Shown here: one piece after another, positions 1 through 12,161 of the stretch
How the letters are laid out: every line of letters starts with the position of its first letter
Numbering within the stretch: the first letter of the stretch is position 1
Source: Ministeria vibrans ATCC 50519
Lineage: Eukaryota; Protista; Filasterea
Assembly (NCBI GenBank): GCA_943704425.1
Contig: CALSCP010001735.1
Location: 62,199 to 126,198, forward strand
Direction: 5' to 3'
DNA length: 64,000 nt
The notes under the pieces: generated by a model
Told to the model about the DNA's origin: nothing
The model's database searches: none
What the model saw: the letters and a program-made list of their open reading frames with translations, nothing else
Program-made: the position numbers and the translations under genes

Positions 1-2
1 AG

Positions 3-713
3 TTAGATGAGGGGAAAAATCGGACATGCAGAAGGTACCAGTTTGAGGGGTGAACGCCCTTCAATCCCGAGGGTATCCGTCTGCAGCGGGTGTAAGGACC
101 GCAATACAAACACGTCGGTGTCAAGGTAGACACCCCCAAAGCGATAGAGCAGAGCGTAGCGCAGAGCGTCCGACAGGGTGAGAAGAGGCCAGTCGCTGTG
201 AGCGTACTCGCCACTGGCGTAGTAGCCTTCAAGAGGGGTGGTGTGAAACGCAAGCTCGTAGTCAAATAACACAACGTGCACGTTGGTGTGATTCGTCCAG
301 ACATTGAGAAGGGGGGCTGACGCGCGGGCGAGGACAACAACATGGGCGCACGGATGGGCAATGGCGGCGGATATCACGGCACACCGCACGATATCAGACA
401 CATCAGCAGAGAGCTGGGCCATGAATACATGCTGGCGTGGACCCGTCGCTGTGGAAGAGGCGTCGCCCAGCGGGAGTGTCGAATGGCACTGCGTCACTGG
501 GTGTTTGAGGAGCCAGTTGAGCTGCTCTTCGAACTGGTGCGCGGCAGTCACAGTGATTGTGACCTGCGCTGCGCCGGGAGCAGATTGCGCAGGCGGGAGT
601 GGAGTGTCTTTGGCTGTACGCTGGGGTTCCAGTGAGAGTGTTGTGAAGAGGTGGACCAGAGCAAAGACGACGATGCAGAGCGTCAGCAGAATGGCATTTC
701 GACGTGGTCGCAT
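3..713 (-). CDS. Glycosyltransferase family 32 (DXD, A4GALT/A4GNT-like), type II membrane protein, 3' end outside the window
   Basis: N-terminal TM anchor (AILLTLCIVVFALVHLF) and the GT32 signature LSDALRYALLYRFGGVYLDTDV. Confidence 0.85.
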   Translation of the reverse strand: MRPRRNAILLTLCIVVFALVHLFTTLSLEPQRTAKDTPLPPAQSAPGAAQVTITVTAAHQFEEQLNWLLKHPVTQCHSTLPLGDASSTATGPRQHVFMAQLSADVSDIVRCAVISAAIAHPCAHVVVLARASAPLLNVWTNHTNVHVVLFDYELAFHTTPLEGYYASGEYAHSDWPLLTLSDALRYALLYRFGGVYLDTDVFVLRSLHPLQTDTLGIEGRSPLKLVPSACPIFPLI

Positions 714-1110
714 TTTGAACGACTTATGGATTTTGTTCGTGTAAATATATTACACAAACTAAAAGACCCACGGTCACACAAACTGTTCACTACACAGCTC
801 GTGATCCCTTATCGTCAAAGAGGGAGTAATAAGTCTAATAACAAAAGTGAGAAGTGAGAACTAAATTTAGAGTTTCGGTCGAGTTTGCAAGGCGGTCTGG
901 CTGTGTCTTCGCGTGGTGACTGTATCATTAATAAATGGGTTGTATTCTTCTTCTAATTAGGTCATTGGGTGCGTATTATTATTATTTTATAATTATTTTA
1001 TTGTTGTAGTCTTCTTCTTCTTTCCTCTCGATTCTCTATTAATGCTGTACATTATTATCATCATAAAACATTATTATCATTGCTACTATTTTAATTATTG
1101 GTTAATTACA

Positions 1111-2757
1111 TCACGGCGTCTTAGCGTCAATCATGACACTGCCTTTGGTATCTTTTGTTCGAAGAGAGTACTGTGCAAGACGCTTCCACAGCGGAATTTC
1201 TCGTGTAAACCGCCTGAGCACAACAGGACATCGGGCGTCGTGGACACTGCGCGCAGACGATGGATCGCACGTGCATGTGCACTTGCTCCCATGCTTGCTG
1301 TTGTGACCCACCACACGCGAGCGTTGGCGTTGCCTCTGTTCCGGACTTGGCACTTCAATGACCGTGGTGGTGTCAGCTGTGGGCTCATGCACCGTGTCAT
1401 CTTCATCCACGCTCTGTTCAAGCCTCTCCAGCATTTTAGCAAGAAGTTGCTGACAAATGGCAACAGTGTCTAATCTCTCCGATTCATCTCCTACGTATAC
1501 GACATGATCAGCATTGCAAAACAATTGAATCACATGAAATCATATTAAAACAATTTTTCTTATAAATAATTATTTTTTTTAGTATTATTACCTGCGTGAC
1601 AGCCGCGAATGGACTCGGTGACGTCTTCCTTTGCAAGAGCAAGCAAGGTGGTTTGACAATAAGGCGTGCCTGTAGTTGAACCGTAGGTAACAAGTGCTTT
1701 GAGGGCTTCGGGGTGAGAATAGAGCGCTGCAAGATGAACGGGCAGAGCACCGCGCGCGTCCAAGGTGTTGACAATGCGCGAGAGCGTGTCATAGTCTTCG
1801 TCACTGTAGAAGAGGAAGAGCTTACAGGCCATGTGGATGAAAGCGGGAAAGCCATGGGACGCAGCGACATGCATGACGGTTTGATGCTGCGAGTCGCGGC
1901 AATTCAGTTCGGCACCAGCGTGAAGCAACACTTGCGCCAAACGAAAATTTTGTGTTTTCACCGCCATCATGAGCGCAGGCGCCTGCACCTGCGACCCGAC
2001 GTTTCGGTTGGCATAGACAGCCACGCCAGCTTTTCGCAGACGCTGAGCCTCTCGCCAATCGCCGGTGATTTCTGCGCGTGCGAGGCGTTCAATGGCGGCG
2101 CGCGCCAATAAGCGCGCGCAGTCTGTGTACTGTCCTCCTGCATGGAGGGAGCCCTTCTTTTGGCGCAAGCTCGAGGCTATCTCAAAAGCCGTGTGTCCAT
2201 TCACGTCGGTGCTCGTGACGTCGCACTTTTCTTTCAAAAGTTTCTGAGAGTTTAAGAAAAAAAAGAAGAAAAATTCAGTGCTATTGGTTTGCTGTGCGCA
2301 AAAAAATAAAAATATCTGACACATTGAAGCGATAGAGGGAAAGTCACATGGAATTTTCAATGGTATTAGAATAAACTTTAGATGATCAACGTGATTACGT
2401 TACGGAATCGCAGTTGATAACGACGAGGCGAGCGAAATATCGAGGAACACAATCAAGCCGTTGCAGTGAACTTGATGTTTACTTTCGCCCACACGCCATC
2501 AAGAATAACAAGGAAAGCACTGCACGTCCAATTGAACCACACCCACACTACCCTTGTGGTGTGTAGAATGGTGCACATGTATGTCGAGTGGGGCGCCGCG
2601 TGCGACAGGAGGCGGAGAGAGAGAGAGAGAGAGGCGAGTGCAGACGGAAGCCGTGTCTCACCTCGACGGTCGCAGTGGAGCCACAGCGAGCAGCTTGCAG
2701 CAAAAGACTCGCGCCACTGTCTGTCGTGTCTGAAGGGGCTGCTGCACATTCTGACAT
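1111..2757 (-). CDS. Ankyrin-repeat protein, about 3 exons
   Basis: Ankyrin motifs: LLQAARCGSTATVE|..LLKEKCDVTSTDVNGHTA, LLHAGAELNCRDSQHQTVMHVAASHG, DARGALPVHLAALYSHPEALKALV; GT-AG introns. Confidence 0.75.
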
Positions 2758-3080
2758 TATGGGGTCTGACTGTTGAATAAGACCAAGAGGGAGTTGCAAG
2801 AACACAGGAATTAAACTGGATTATACTCATTACATTACGACATCGGTAAACGCCAAACATGAAGTAAGAGTACTCGGCAGGTGCCAGTGACTAATCACCA
2901 AATAATAAATACTGTGACTTACGTACTAACTGTGAGTCTGTGGCTGCAAGGCAGTGAACGGCTACGTAGGGACTACATAGTTCCCAGCGCAGAGAATAAA
3001 GAGATCTATCTGTTGAATCACTTCAATCATAAATCACTTTGCTATTCCGAGCTGACCATCTTTTTCATCACAACATCAGT

Positions 3081-4906
3081 ATGATGAGGTTGGCAGCCTT
3101 AAGAAGAGGCAGTCCTTTATTATATCGACGCGTAAGGGAACGAAAACGAAAATCGTCCGGTTTGACACATTCGCACAGTTCTTCAGCAGCGAAGCCTCGC
3201 CACCACCTCGTCACGCCGCTAAACGGGCAGCGGCAGCATCCACTGATGCGGGCGAAGCGTCGGTACGAGTAGAGAGAACGCTCGTTCCACCTTTCTGCTT
3301 CTCACTCGTCCTTTTCTTCCAGTCTGAGCGAACCACAGCGTTCTCGACACGCGAACCGACCGGGATACAGGATACGACGACCGATTCTGGTGCCGTCGAG
3401 GTAGGCAATCAGAGAGTGCGATGCAGACATGAAGACAAAACACAAATCGTTTGTGCTGATTTTTTTTTTTTTTTTGTCAGGAGAAGCGTAAAAGCAAAGA
3501 AGCGGTAAGAGGACTGCCGACCATTGGCATGCATGCATATATATATACATATATATATATTGTGTGTGTGTGTGTGTGTGTGTGTCTATGTCTTTGTGGT
3601 GTGTGTTCCTAATACGGTTTGTTGCTGCACAGGTGCGACTGTCGTCGGGCGGTCTCAGTGGCGTGAGTGGCAAACCTGATCTGCCCCAACACCACACGGT
3701 TGTTGCGCGCTCAACCGATCCGTTTCTTCTACGCCTGGAGCGCGTTGTCGAAGTGAACCGCGAAATTGAGCAGGAGCGTATGGAGCGGTTCAGCAAGGCA
3801 GGACGTGGACCGACGCTCAAGGCCTACGAGCAAGTGCCAGCAGCAATACAGCCGGACTATGGAGAGGAGCTGTCGCGCATCAACCATGAGGAGAACCGTT
3901 GGGTGCACGACAAGGAGTTTGCGACGCAGAATCAGAGCAAGTCGTTTATGGGGGTATGCCACATGACAATGACAGAACACCACTCACAATGATTGCCTCA
4001 ACTACTGCACAGATTGATACAATGATTCACATGAGCGGACCCAATTTGGCACGATATGTGGCGGTGTTGAAGGCGGCTGCGGCACGGCGAGGCCCGCCAT
4101 TCACACCACCCACAGCAGAACAGTGTGTGCGCGTGCAGACAAAGACAATGCTCCTGACGGAGGAGCAGGAGATCCGACGGATGCGCAAGGTAGCTATGCA
4201 AACGCCAGACAGCGGTGGGGTCTTATTGTATGTGCACATGTGTGTGTGTGCTTTTAGTTGCATTCGACGCGTAAGGTGACGACAGAAACGTTCGTTCCTG
4301 GACTGCCTCTGGATGCAAAGCAGCGCAAAGTGCTTGAGCTGGTTGCGGGTGAACGGTACAATGCCGACACGCAAGTAGTGAAGATTCAAAGCCAACGGTA
4401 CTTTGATTGTCTCAGCTGTGTGTAGAAAACGTGTGCTGACACACGTACGTTCTGTATATTGCGTAGATATCCGTTCCGCGCGCAGAACCGGGTGTTTGCC
4501 AAGCATACAGTGCGCGAGCTGGTGTGCGCGGCGCGTGTCTACCAGGGCGAATTAGCCGAACCTAAGCTGACTCGCGCATCGCGCAAGAAGCTCAAGGCGC
4601 CCCGTAGTGCCGTCCAGGTACGTCACTCACTCTCTTACCTCGCTTACCCAATCTTTGACTTTACTTCTGTCCCCTACCTTTTTGTTTCTTTATCACTGTG
4701 TTCCTCTATTCGTCCCCTCTCTATCACTTTGTTTTTTCCCCCTCTCACTCTACCTTTTCTCCTCATTTATCTTCTTTGGTCAGATGGCTTTGATGGAGCG
4801 GGACCGTGAGGTTGAGTCTCTGGCCATTCCATTGCCGCCTCGCCCGACGCTTCCCAAGCCGACCACGAGCGACCAGGACAAGGTCATTGCCTTTCGTGGT
4901 CTCTAG
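3081..4906 (+). CDS. MRPS35: Mitochondrial small-subunit ribosomal protein mS35 (MRP-S28/Rsm24 family), multi-exon
   Basis: Arg-rich presequence (MMRLAALRRGSPLLYRR|FFSS). Spliced core RKV|VTTETFVPGLPLDAKQRKVLELVAGERYNADTQVVKIQSQR|YPFRAQNRVFAKHTVRELV matches the family pattern RKV..L....L.G.RY......I.S.R.P...QN. Confidence 0.7.
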
Positions 4907-4955
4907 TACTTCTCCTGTCCAGTGTTATTATATTCATTTTAATGCACGAATCGTT

Positions 4956-5807
4956 TTATACACACACGTTTTTACAGTTGCTTCCGTCGCATCGCAGCTC
5001 TCTCTTTCCCGCACACGCAGCTCTCTTTGCCTTTGTCGGCTTGCTCTTGGGTTTGGTATTCGAATGAGTCTGTCTCTGTTGTCGTTGCTGCTGCTGCTGC
5101 TGTCGTTGCTGCTGCTGCCGTTGCTGCTGTTGTCGTCTCCCCTGCGGCGCCTGTTTCGGTCTTCCTCTCCCCGCTCGAGGCGGTGGTTGTGCTCCTCCAC
5201 CACCAAACATGTTCCCAAACTGGCTGAAAAGCGACTCAAACCCTCCTCCTCCTCCTCCAGCACCACCATCGGCACCACCCCCACCAAAGCTAAAGGTGAA
5301 CGCCTGGCCACCACTGCCAGCGCCCCCTGCACCAGCGCCCGGTCGACCGCCAAAGTTGAACATGTTGGCGCCCCCACCACCGCCTCCGCCTCCGCCTCCG
5401 CCAAAAGAAGACGCACCCGGACTCTCTTCACCTGTCTGGTCGTAGGCTCGTCGCTTCTCTTTGTCGCGCAGCACTTCGTATGCTACATTGATCACATCAC
5501 CGTCAGAAGGGACAGAATAGTCTCGCACTTTCGAACCTTTGTTGATGGTCATCATCTGCTTCTCGGCCCACTGGGGACGATGGGCGTTTTTGTCGGGATG
5601 GAACTTAAGGGCGAGTTTGCGGTAGGCCTTCTTGATGTCGCGTTGGGTGGCGCTCCGTTTAATGCCGAGAATTTCGTACAAGTCGCGCTTTGCCTTTTTC
5701 GCCTGACCCGTCTCTCTACCACCTCCTCGCGCCGTGCGCGCCTCCACGTACGATGCAAAGAGCACAAGGGCCAGAAGGAGCAGCAAGAGCCTCGTGCCCG
5801 TCCGCAT
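4956..5807 (-). CDS. DnaJ/Hsp40 protein with signal peptide (ER-type, ERdj-like)
   Basis: Signal peptide; J domain DLYEILG...[17 protein letters not shown]...[15 protein letters not shown]; G/F-rich region; probable 54-nt in-frame intron 5483-5536. Confidence 0.88.
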   Translation of the reverse strand: MRTGTRLLLLLLALVLFASYVEARTARGGGRETGQAKKAKRDLYEILGIKRSATQRDIKKAYRKLALKFHPDKNAHRPQWAEKQMMTINKGSKVRDYSVPSDGDVINVAYEVLRDKEKRRAYDQTGEESPGASSFGGGGGGGGGGGANMFNFGGRPGAGAGGAGSGGQAFTFSFGGGGADGGAGGGGGGFESLFSQFGNMFGGGGAQPPPRAGRGRPKQAPQGRRQQQQRQQQQRQQQQQQRQQRQTHSNTKPKSKPTKAKRAACAGKRELRCDGSNCKNVCV

Positions 5808-6530
5808 TTTGATGTTGTTTCAACGTCGGCCAATGAGATGCCTGCGCGTCACTTGGCGGTGGAAGTTCAAGAGAAATTCTCTTCTCTTCTGTCAACAACA
5901 GGATGGAAACGAAAAGGTTGTACAGTAATGTATTAAATGAATTGGACGCTTTCAGGAGCAGAAAAAGGTGAGATAAAAGTAATAATTCAAAAATTGGACT
6001 TCTTCTTCATGAAATCAGAAAAACAGTTGAGGGTTAATATTGATACAATTTTACTCTGTGCACGTCACTAGCCTTGCACTCTCGCCCACGGTTATAGTAA
6101 TACAGCTCTCCGTCGTGTGGTGGCGCACGAAAGAGCTTTTTGATGCGACCATTGTCAACCCATCGATCGATGAAGGCGTGTGCGCGCAGGTACTCTCGCT
6201 CATCTCTCCACCCCGCCGTTTGGAAGCGGTACGCTTGAAATGGAGAGAGAAAGAGAGAGCGAGCGAGTGAGCGAGAGAGTGACGGACTGTCACTCTAAGT
6301 AGTTGTCGCTACCTTCTTCCACCGCGTCTGACCACTCCTTTGCGCGCCGCAACGATTTTGGCCGAGGTACCTCGTCGCCGCCCAGTCCGCTGTGACTTGC
6401 GGAAAGGCGACGCTTTTCAGCCGACATTGCAAAAAAGAAAGAGAGAAAGTCTTTTTTATCAGTTTCACATTACAACGATTAATATTTCAATTTTACTCAT
6501 CAGAACAATAAAAAATTCACGTATACCGCA

Positions 6531-9148
6531 ATGGAGATGGCTGTTCTGCCGCGCGGGCATGTCGAAGCCATTCCTTCGACAGAGGGTGCGGGAGTCGCGC
6601 GGGCGGCCCCATCGGCGTCGGGTGTTGACGAGCACCGTCGAGAGCCGCTCGTCGTGCGTGCGCCCCCCACAAGCAGCAACCAAGCGCAGCACAGCGCGGA
6701 GGAGGATGCTCACCATGGCGCGCCGCTCTCGCTGCTTGAGCTGGCCATTTATCAGGTCGGTCTTTGGACAAACTCTCTTTCTCAATGTTTTGCTCTTTCT
6801 CAATGTTTTGCTCTCCCTTCTAATGTGCGTTCGTTCAGGCGGTTGCACGGCGCGACGAAGGCGGCATCGACACCCGCCATCAGTCGCGTCATCTAAAATC
6901 ATTCGACCATGCTTTTTCGGGTGCGCAGTTCGTTGACTGGCTTCTCGAGGTGAAAACAGCGAACGCGAAAAGAAGAAAAAAAATCAAAAACGTCTCTCAC
7001 TCTCTCACTCTGTCTCTCTCGCTCTGTCTCGCTCACTCTTTTGTATGTCAGCGAGCGCCACGAAACAAATGGCCGCTTGCCACCCGTGAAGCATGCATTG
7101 AGTTTGGGCAGAAGCTGCTGGACATTTCGTTTATGGTGCGTGCCAAGGGGATCGCAGCAATGCAGCTCATGAAGGACTCGGGGACGCTGTACATTTGGAC
7201 GCGCACTGGGGCGACGTGGGCGCGCAAGGACGTTGATTTTAGTGACCTCGATCCCGAGTCTGGCGGGGTGGTGCGTCATACGCTTGTGACGGACCACTTG
7301 GCGCGGGCAGTGTTCACGCAGGAGACACGGCGACGCGAGCGCGAGCGGCGCCTCAATGAACACACGTCGTATATTGGGAACCTTTTGGCGGAGCAACGCC
7401 ACGAGAGCGAAACGCGACGTGCAGAGGTCACGGTCAAACAAGCGGAGCGCGTGGCAAAGGTGTTGCAGGAGCACACGGCGATTAGACAGGCGTGGGAGGT
7501 CAAGCTGAAGGAGATTGAGGCGGTGCAGCAAGCGCGCATCGAACACCTGGCGGAGTGTCGACGGAAAGATGCGCTGACAGACAACAATACTGTGTCGCGG
7601 GAGCGAGACGAAGCACTCGAGCAGATGGTGCGTGATGTGCTGGCGGCCACACAGGAGGCGCTGGCACTGCGCGAGACGTCGCAGAAGCACGCGCACTCAA
7701 AACGTGAGATTGCACATGACCAGATGGTACAGGTGGCGACGGAGATGACGAGCCAGCGACGCACCGAGCAAGAGCAAGCGATGGCGAAGCAGAAGGAGCG
7801 CGAGCTGGAGGTGGGACGCCTCGTAGAGGTACGCATGAAGGAGCTGCGGGACGCAACGGCGACGGTGGCACGACTGGAGACGGATGCGACGGAGGCAACG
7901 GCACGCGGGGTTGAGGTGACGGAGCGGCTGCGGACGCAAGCTCAGCATCTTATTGAATTGCTGCTGGCGGAGGCGACGGAGCGCGAGCGAGTCAGACAGA
8001 CGGCTGTGGAGCAGTCGCGACGGGACATTGAGGAGCGCATTGAGCACGAACGGGCGCATCTGCGGGCGAACCAGGCCGACGACGCGACGTTGCGTGAACA
8101 GCGACAGGCGGACCTGGTGGCATTCTTGGCGCGTGTGGAGGCGCAGGTGGACGAACGCAATGGCGCTACACGTGCCCACGTACAGGAGATGCGGGAGATG
8201 CGCGAAAAGGATGGCGTGCGGTTGACTCGGTTGGTTATAGACACGTGGGAGACCCTGCGAAAGGTACAGCGTGAGTATGAGGAGCGGGAGCGGGATCGAC
8301 AGCGCACCCTCATGGACGACATGCGCAAGTTGTATGCGGCGCGCCTGGACATGCTGTCGAGCCTGGGCATGGCGCGCGTGGAGCAGCGTTTGGCTCTACG
8401 TGCCGAGTGGGATGTGGTGTGTGTGGCGGCGGTAGAGGCGGCGCGACTGGCGAGCGCCGCAGACGCCGAGACAGCCGCGGCCCTGCGCGAGACGGCGCAC
8501 GCCATGGAGAAGGAGCGTGAGCTCATGCTGGCCGAGGCGCGTGACGAGGAACTCACTTTACAGCGCGAGATTGCGCGAATGCGCGAAGAACATGGGGAGC
8601 GGCATCGCCAGGCACGAGCGGCCATTGATGCGGCGCTGGTGGCAACGGGTACCGACTACAACGACATGACGGCGCAGGTGCGCACCGAGCGGCTGCTCAA
8701 GGCACAGTTGTTTGCCGAGGAATTGCGTGTCAACGACGAGGCAGAGCGCAAGGCGTTCTTGGAGAAGCACGAGCGGGAGCATGCGGAGAATGTGCGTGCG
8801 GCGGCGGAGCGACGGGCAGCGCTGCTGGCACGCCAGCTGGAGCTCAAGGGTCTCGCCACTGACAAGTTGGCGGGGGCCGTGGCGTTGTTTCGCGAGCGCG
8901 AGGCGGCCCTCGAAGAGCGCGAAAAAGTCCTTGAGGCGGAGAAGCAGGCGGAGGCGGATGCGTTTGCGGCGCGCCACCAGGAGGCACTCGCGCGCGAGAC
9001 GTCACGGCGCGCCGAGTCGAAGCAACAGCAACTCAAGCGTACCGAGCAAGTCGTACAGCTGGCCGCCGACACGGCTATGATGGGAATCGGCGTGCGACAC
9101 ACCTTTGTTTTGTCGGGTGAAGGGGCATCTTCTGCAACACACAGATAG
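6531..9148 (+). CDS. DEP-domain protein with a long C-terminal coiled coil, 3 exons
   Basis: Spliced exons give DTRHQSRHLKSFDHAFSGAQFVDWLLE|..TREACIEFGQKLLD..MKDSGTLYIW (DEP consensus), followed by ~600 aa of E/R/A/Q-rich heptads. Confidence 0.7.
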
Positions 9149-9286
9149 CATGATTACAAATTAATAATAATAATAATAATAGTACTAGTCCGGTGTGGTT
9201 TGGAGAAATTTGAAATAATTATCAGTTTACTTATTTTGAATTGAGTGAATTGATTTGATTGTCAGATTGATTAATTTATTTTTGTG

Positions 9287-10300
9287 ATGATCAGGATTTG
9301 TGTACTACTGGTGGCTACATTATTGTGTTGTGTGTCCGCCGCTTTGCATTCGATTGTGCCACCGGCGAAATGGAAATTTGAGCTGGAAGATCCCAAAGGC
9401 GAAAACTTGTCGAAATGGTCCTTTGTCGAGGTACGTAGGTCGTGGCGTGCCACTGAGCGGCTGGAGGCTGGGTCTAAATAGTATAGTTGTACTGTAGGAA
9501 GGCAATGTGGTAGGGTGTTGATGTGCCGGAGAAGAGAGAGCAAAGAGAAACCCAAACTTCACTGTAGGTGGTCCGCGAGGTTGCACTCAAGTTTGCAATG
9601 CGGTACTTGAGCCACAGCAAACCAGGCGACCCACTGGAGAACTTTTATTTGATTGCAGCATTTGGCAAGGTCTGCCTAAGAGAGAAGAAGAGAGATCAAC
9701 GAGCGAGAAGGAGGAGTGAGCATGAGTTTGACATTATCATACGTTTTTTTTTTTCGTCTGTTTTTGACACTGATTGACAATTTTGAAGGTGGTTCGTGGT
9801 GGAGGCTATCCACGCCGGTATTACTTGCGTATTCGTACACGAGGTGTTGTGGCAGTGACTACGCTGGACAGCGACAATAACGAAGTGTTTGGGGATGTAA
9901 GAATAATAATTATTATTATGTTGAACAAAATTATTTTGTCAATAATTCTAATACAGTTATTGACACTACAAATCATGATTATTGTTTAGCGCTTTGTGTT
10001 TAGAGTTTACGATTGCATCTGTACAATAAGCGCACCGAGTTCAGAAGGGTTCACAATGGACGCTACAAAACTGCTGAGCGAATCAGAGGTGACTGCAATT
10101 AAATACATTAATTATAAAAATAATTATATACATCTCATGTGTTTGGATTTTTGTAGGGGGAGCTGATGCCGGCACGTCAGGAGAATCTTCCTCAAGATGC
10201 AAAGAACGAGCACGTAGAAAAGTTTCAAATGAATATGGAGAAGACGGAAAAGGATGGAGAGCAGGTGAGGACTTTCACCGCGAAAAAGTCAGACTTGTGA
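9287..10300 (+). CDS. Secreted/ER hypothetical protein, possibly cystatin-like fold, multi-exon
   Basis: Signal peptide MIRICVLLVATLLCCVSA; in-frame GT-AG exons including a probable 12-nt micro-exon (EGNV); ends KSDL if the GTGAGG at ~10265 is not used as a donor. Confidence 0.55.
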
Positions 10301-10573
10301 CGAAATGTAGAATGAAATATTTTGAGGTCGAATTTGAATAAAAGAGATGAGAAGATTTATATATATATATATATTATATCGTGATGTTGAGATAACGTTG
10401 TACGCGTACGTACATATATACTGAATCATTTTTTATGCGACAGGTCGAGCATCGACAGAGAGCGGACAGGGTTTATTAATGATTATTATTATATAACTTT
10501 ATTCTTATGTATACTCGTCTGATCATGGGTCCCATGGATGTCGACCGTACAAACAGTATTACTCCACGTAATC

Positions 10574-11703
10574 TCACTCGTCTTCGTCATGTAACGGCAC
10601 AAATTGATGCTCGAGCGGCGCGCGATCGATATCTTCGTCGCAGCTCTCCTGGATCGATTGAGAGTCGTCGAGTGGACCCTTACAATTGGGATGAGTTAAA
10701 GACACTCGCTGACTACGTTGTCCTCTCGTAGGTGTGCAGGTAGAGGAGGCACGCGCACTGCGGCTTGAACCCGCGAGCTTTGCAATGGTTTGTCTTAGGC
10801 GCTGCACGCCTGAGCCCGCCTTGCGCTGGCCATGGGCGACGCAAGTGCCATTGAAAATAGAAGCGGCTGTTGCATCGTTGCCGTAGGCTTCGCGCATAGC
10901 AGGCATGTTGATGGTGATGCCAGTGAACTCGAGGGAGAGGCCGCCGTAGAGGCCCTTGCTGTGTCCAATTGACATGGTTGCCGTGTCACCGTCGACCACC
11001 GCACCCTCGCCCTCGTAGCCAAACGGCCCAATGCAAAAGCTGCCATTGAGGCCGATAGAGCCTGTGGTGGATGTGAACGCGTGCAGGTCCCCGGGATGTT
11101 TGAGTGCAATAATCACGTCCGTCATTTGCAGACCAATGTCTGCGCCAACCGCAACGCCCCCCATCTTCAGCGGCACCGGATCGGAGAATTTGCCATTGTC
11201 AAGCTTGGCGACAACAACACCTCGTCCACCGCGAATGGTGACAATGCAGCCGAGTCGGAAGACCCGTAGCACAACTATAATAAATATTAATTATTATTAT
11301 TAATATTGCGCGACTATCTTAGTAGTATTTTTTTTTTTTTCTACCGATTCCGGCGACTACAGACCAATCGGGCACGGCGTGCATGTCCCAACTGTTTTGA
11401 TTAGCAGGAAGGTGTTGTGCAGCGATTCCTTATGAGAAAAACAAAACAAAAACAAACAAGGGGGTGAGAAGGGAGAGGAAGGACTAAGAGAGAGAGAAAG
11501 TGAGGGAGAGAGTGTGCGCGCGTGAGAAAAGACTCAAAAGAGGGAAGGGGTAGGTAGCAACAAAGTCACAAACTGACAACGACCAAGGGAGAGAGTAGTG
11601 AGTGAATAGTTCGAGAATAAATAAATTGGATTCGAATAATAGGCTTCAGATCTCTCTCACCTGCGGAAATGTCAGCAACGTGATCCATGACGAGATAGGG
11701 CAT
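10574..11703 (-). CDS. Ysc84/SYLF-domain protein (SH3YL1-like lipid/actin-binding domain)
   Basis: GGRGVVVAKLDNGKFSDP..GGVAVGADIGLQMTDVII..SKGLYGGLSLE..N...REAYG matches SYLF motifs; two short upstream exons from ATG 11703. Confidence 0.8.
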
Positions 11704-12161
11704 GAAGAGTGTTGTTGGAGGTAATAATGTTGTGTTAATTTGGTATGCGTAGAGAAAGAGAAATATTAGTGAAGCGAATTGAAGTGTTCGCGCTGAAATA
11801 ATGTGATTTTCCGCGCACGTTCAACTAAAAATAGAAGTTCACGTTCCGCACTAAAAATGTTATACTACCCTAGGACCTAGGTAGTGTGGTGTGTGTGTAC
11901 ATTGAACAGTTAACACATCACTGATTACTGATTAGTAATTTNNNNNNNNNNNNNNNNNNNNNNNNNNNNNNNNNNNNNNNNNNNNNNNNNNNNNNNNNNN
12001 NNNNNNNNNNNNNNNNNNNNNNNNNNNNNNNNNNNNNNNNNNNNNNNNNNNNNNNNNNNNNNNNNNNNNNNNNNNNNNNNNNNNNCGCACACACTCACAC
12101 GCAAAGGCGTACATAAGACACAGTGCACTTGTTCATCTGCACGCGCACCCCCTCACCACTG

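Noticed and set aside
4806-5936. Long antisense ORFs (also 57165-58505 and 44042-45100)
   Set aside because: Shadow or alternative-frame ORFs of GC-rich coding sequence; the real genes carry the conserved motifs.
6775-6812. 18-bp tandem duplication in an intron (similar 19-bp one at ~56462-56500)
   Set aside because: Ordinary slippage duplication with no functional signal.
9498-9570. In-frame TGA in a C-TGA-C context as a possible selenocysteine
   Set aside because: It lies within a plausible GT-AG intron after a micro-exon, and no SECIS was seen.
11942-12085. N gaps (also 45124-45251 and 58686-58695)
   Set aside because: Assembly gaps; the latter two lie in introns of genes that continue correctly across them.
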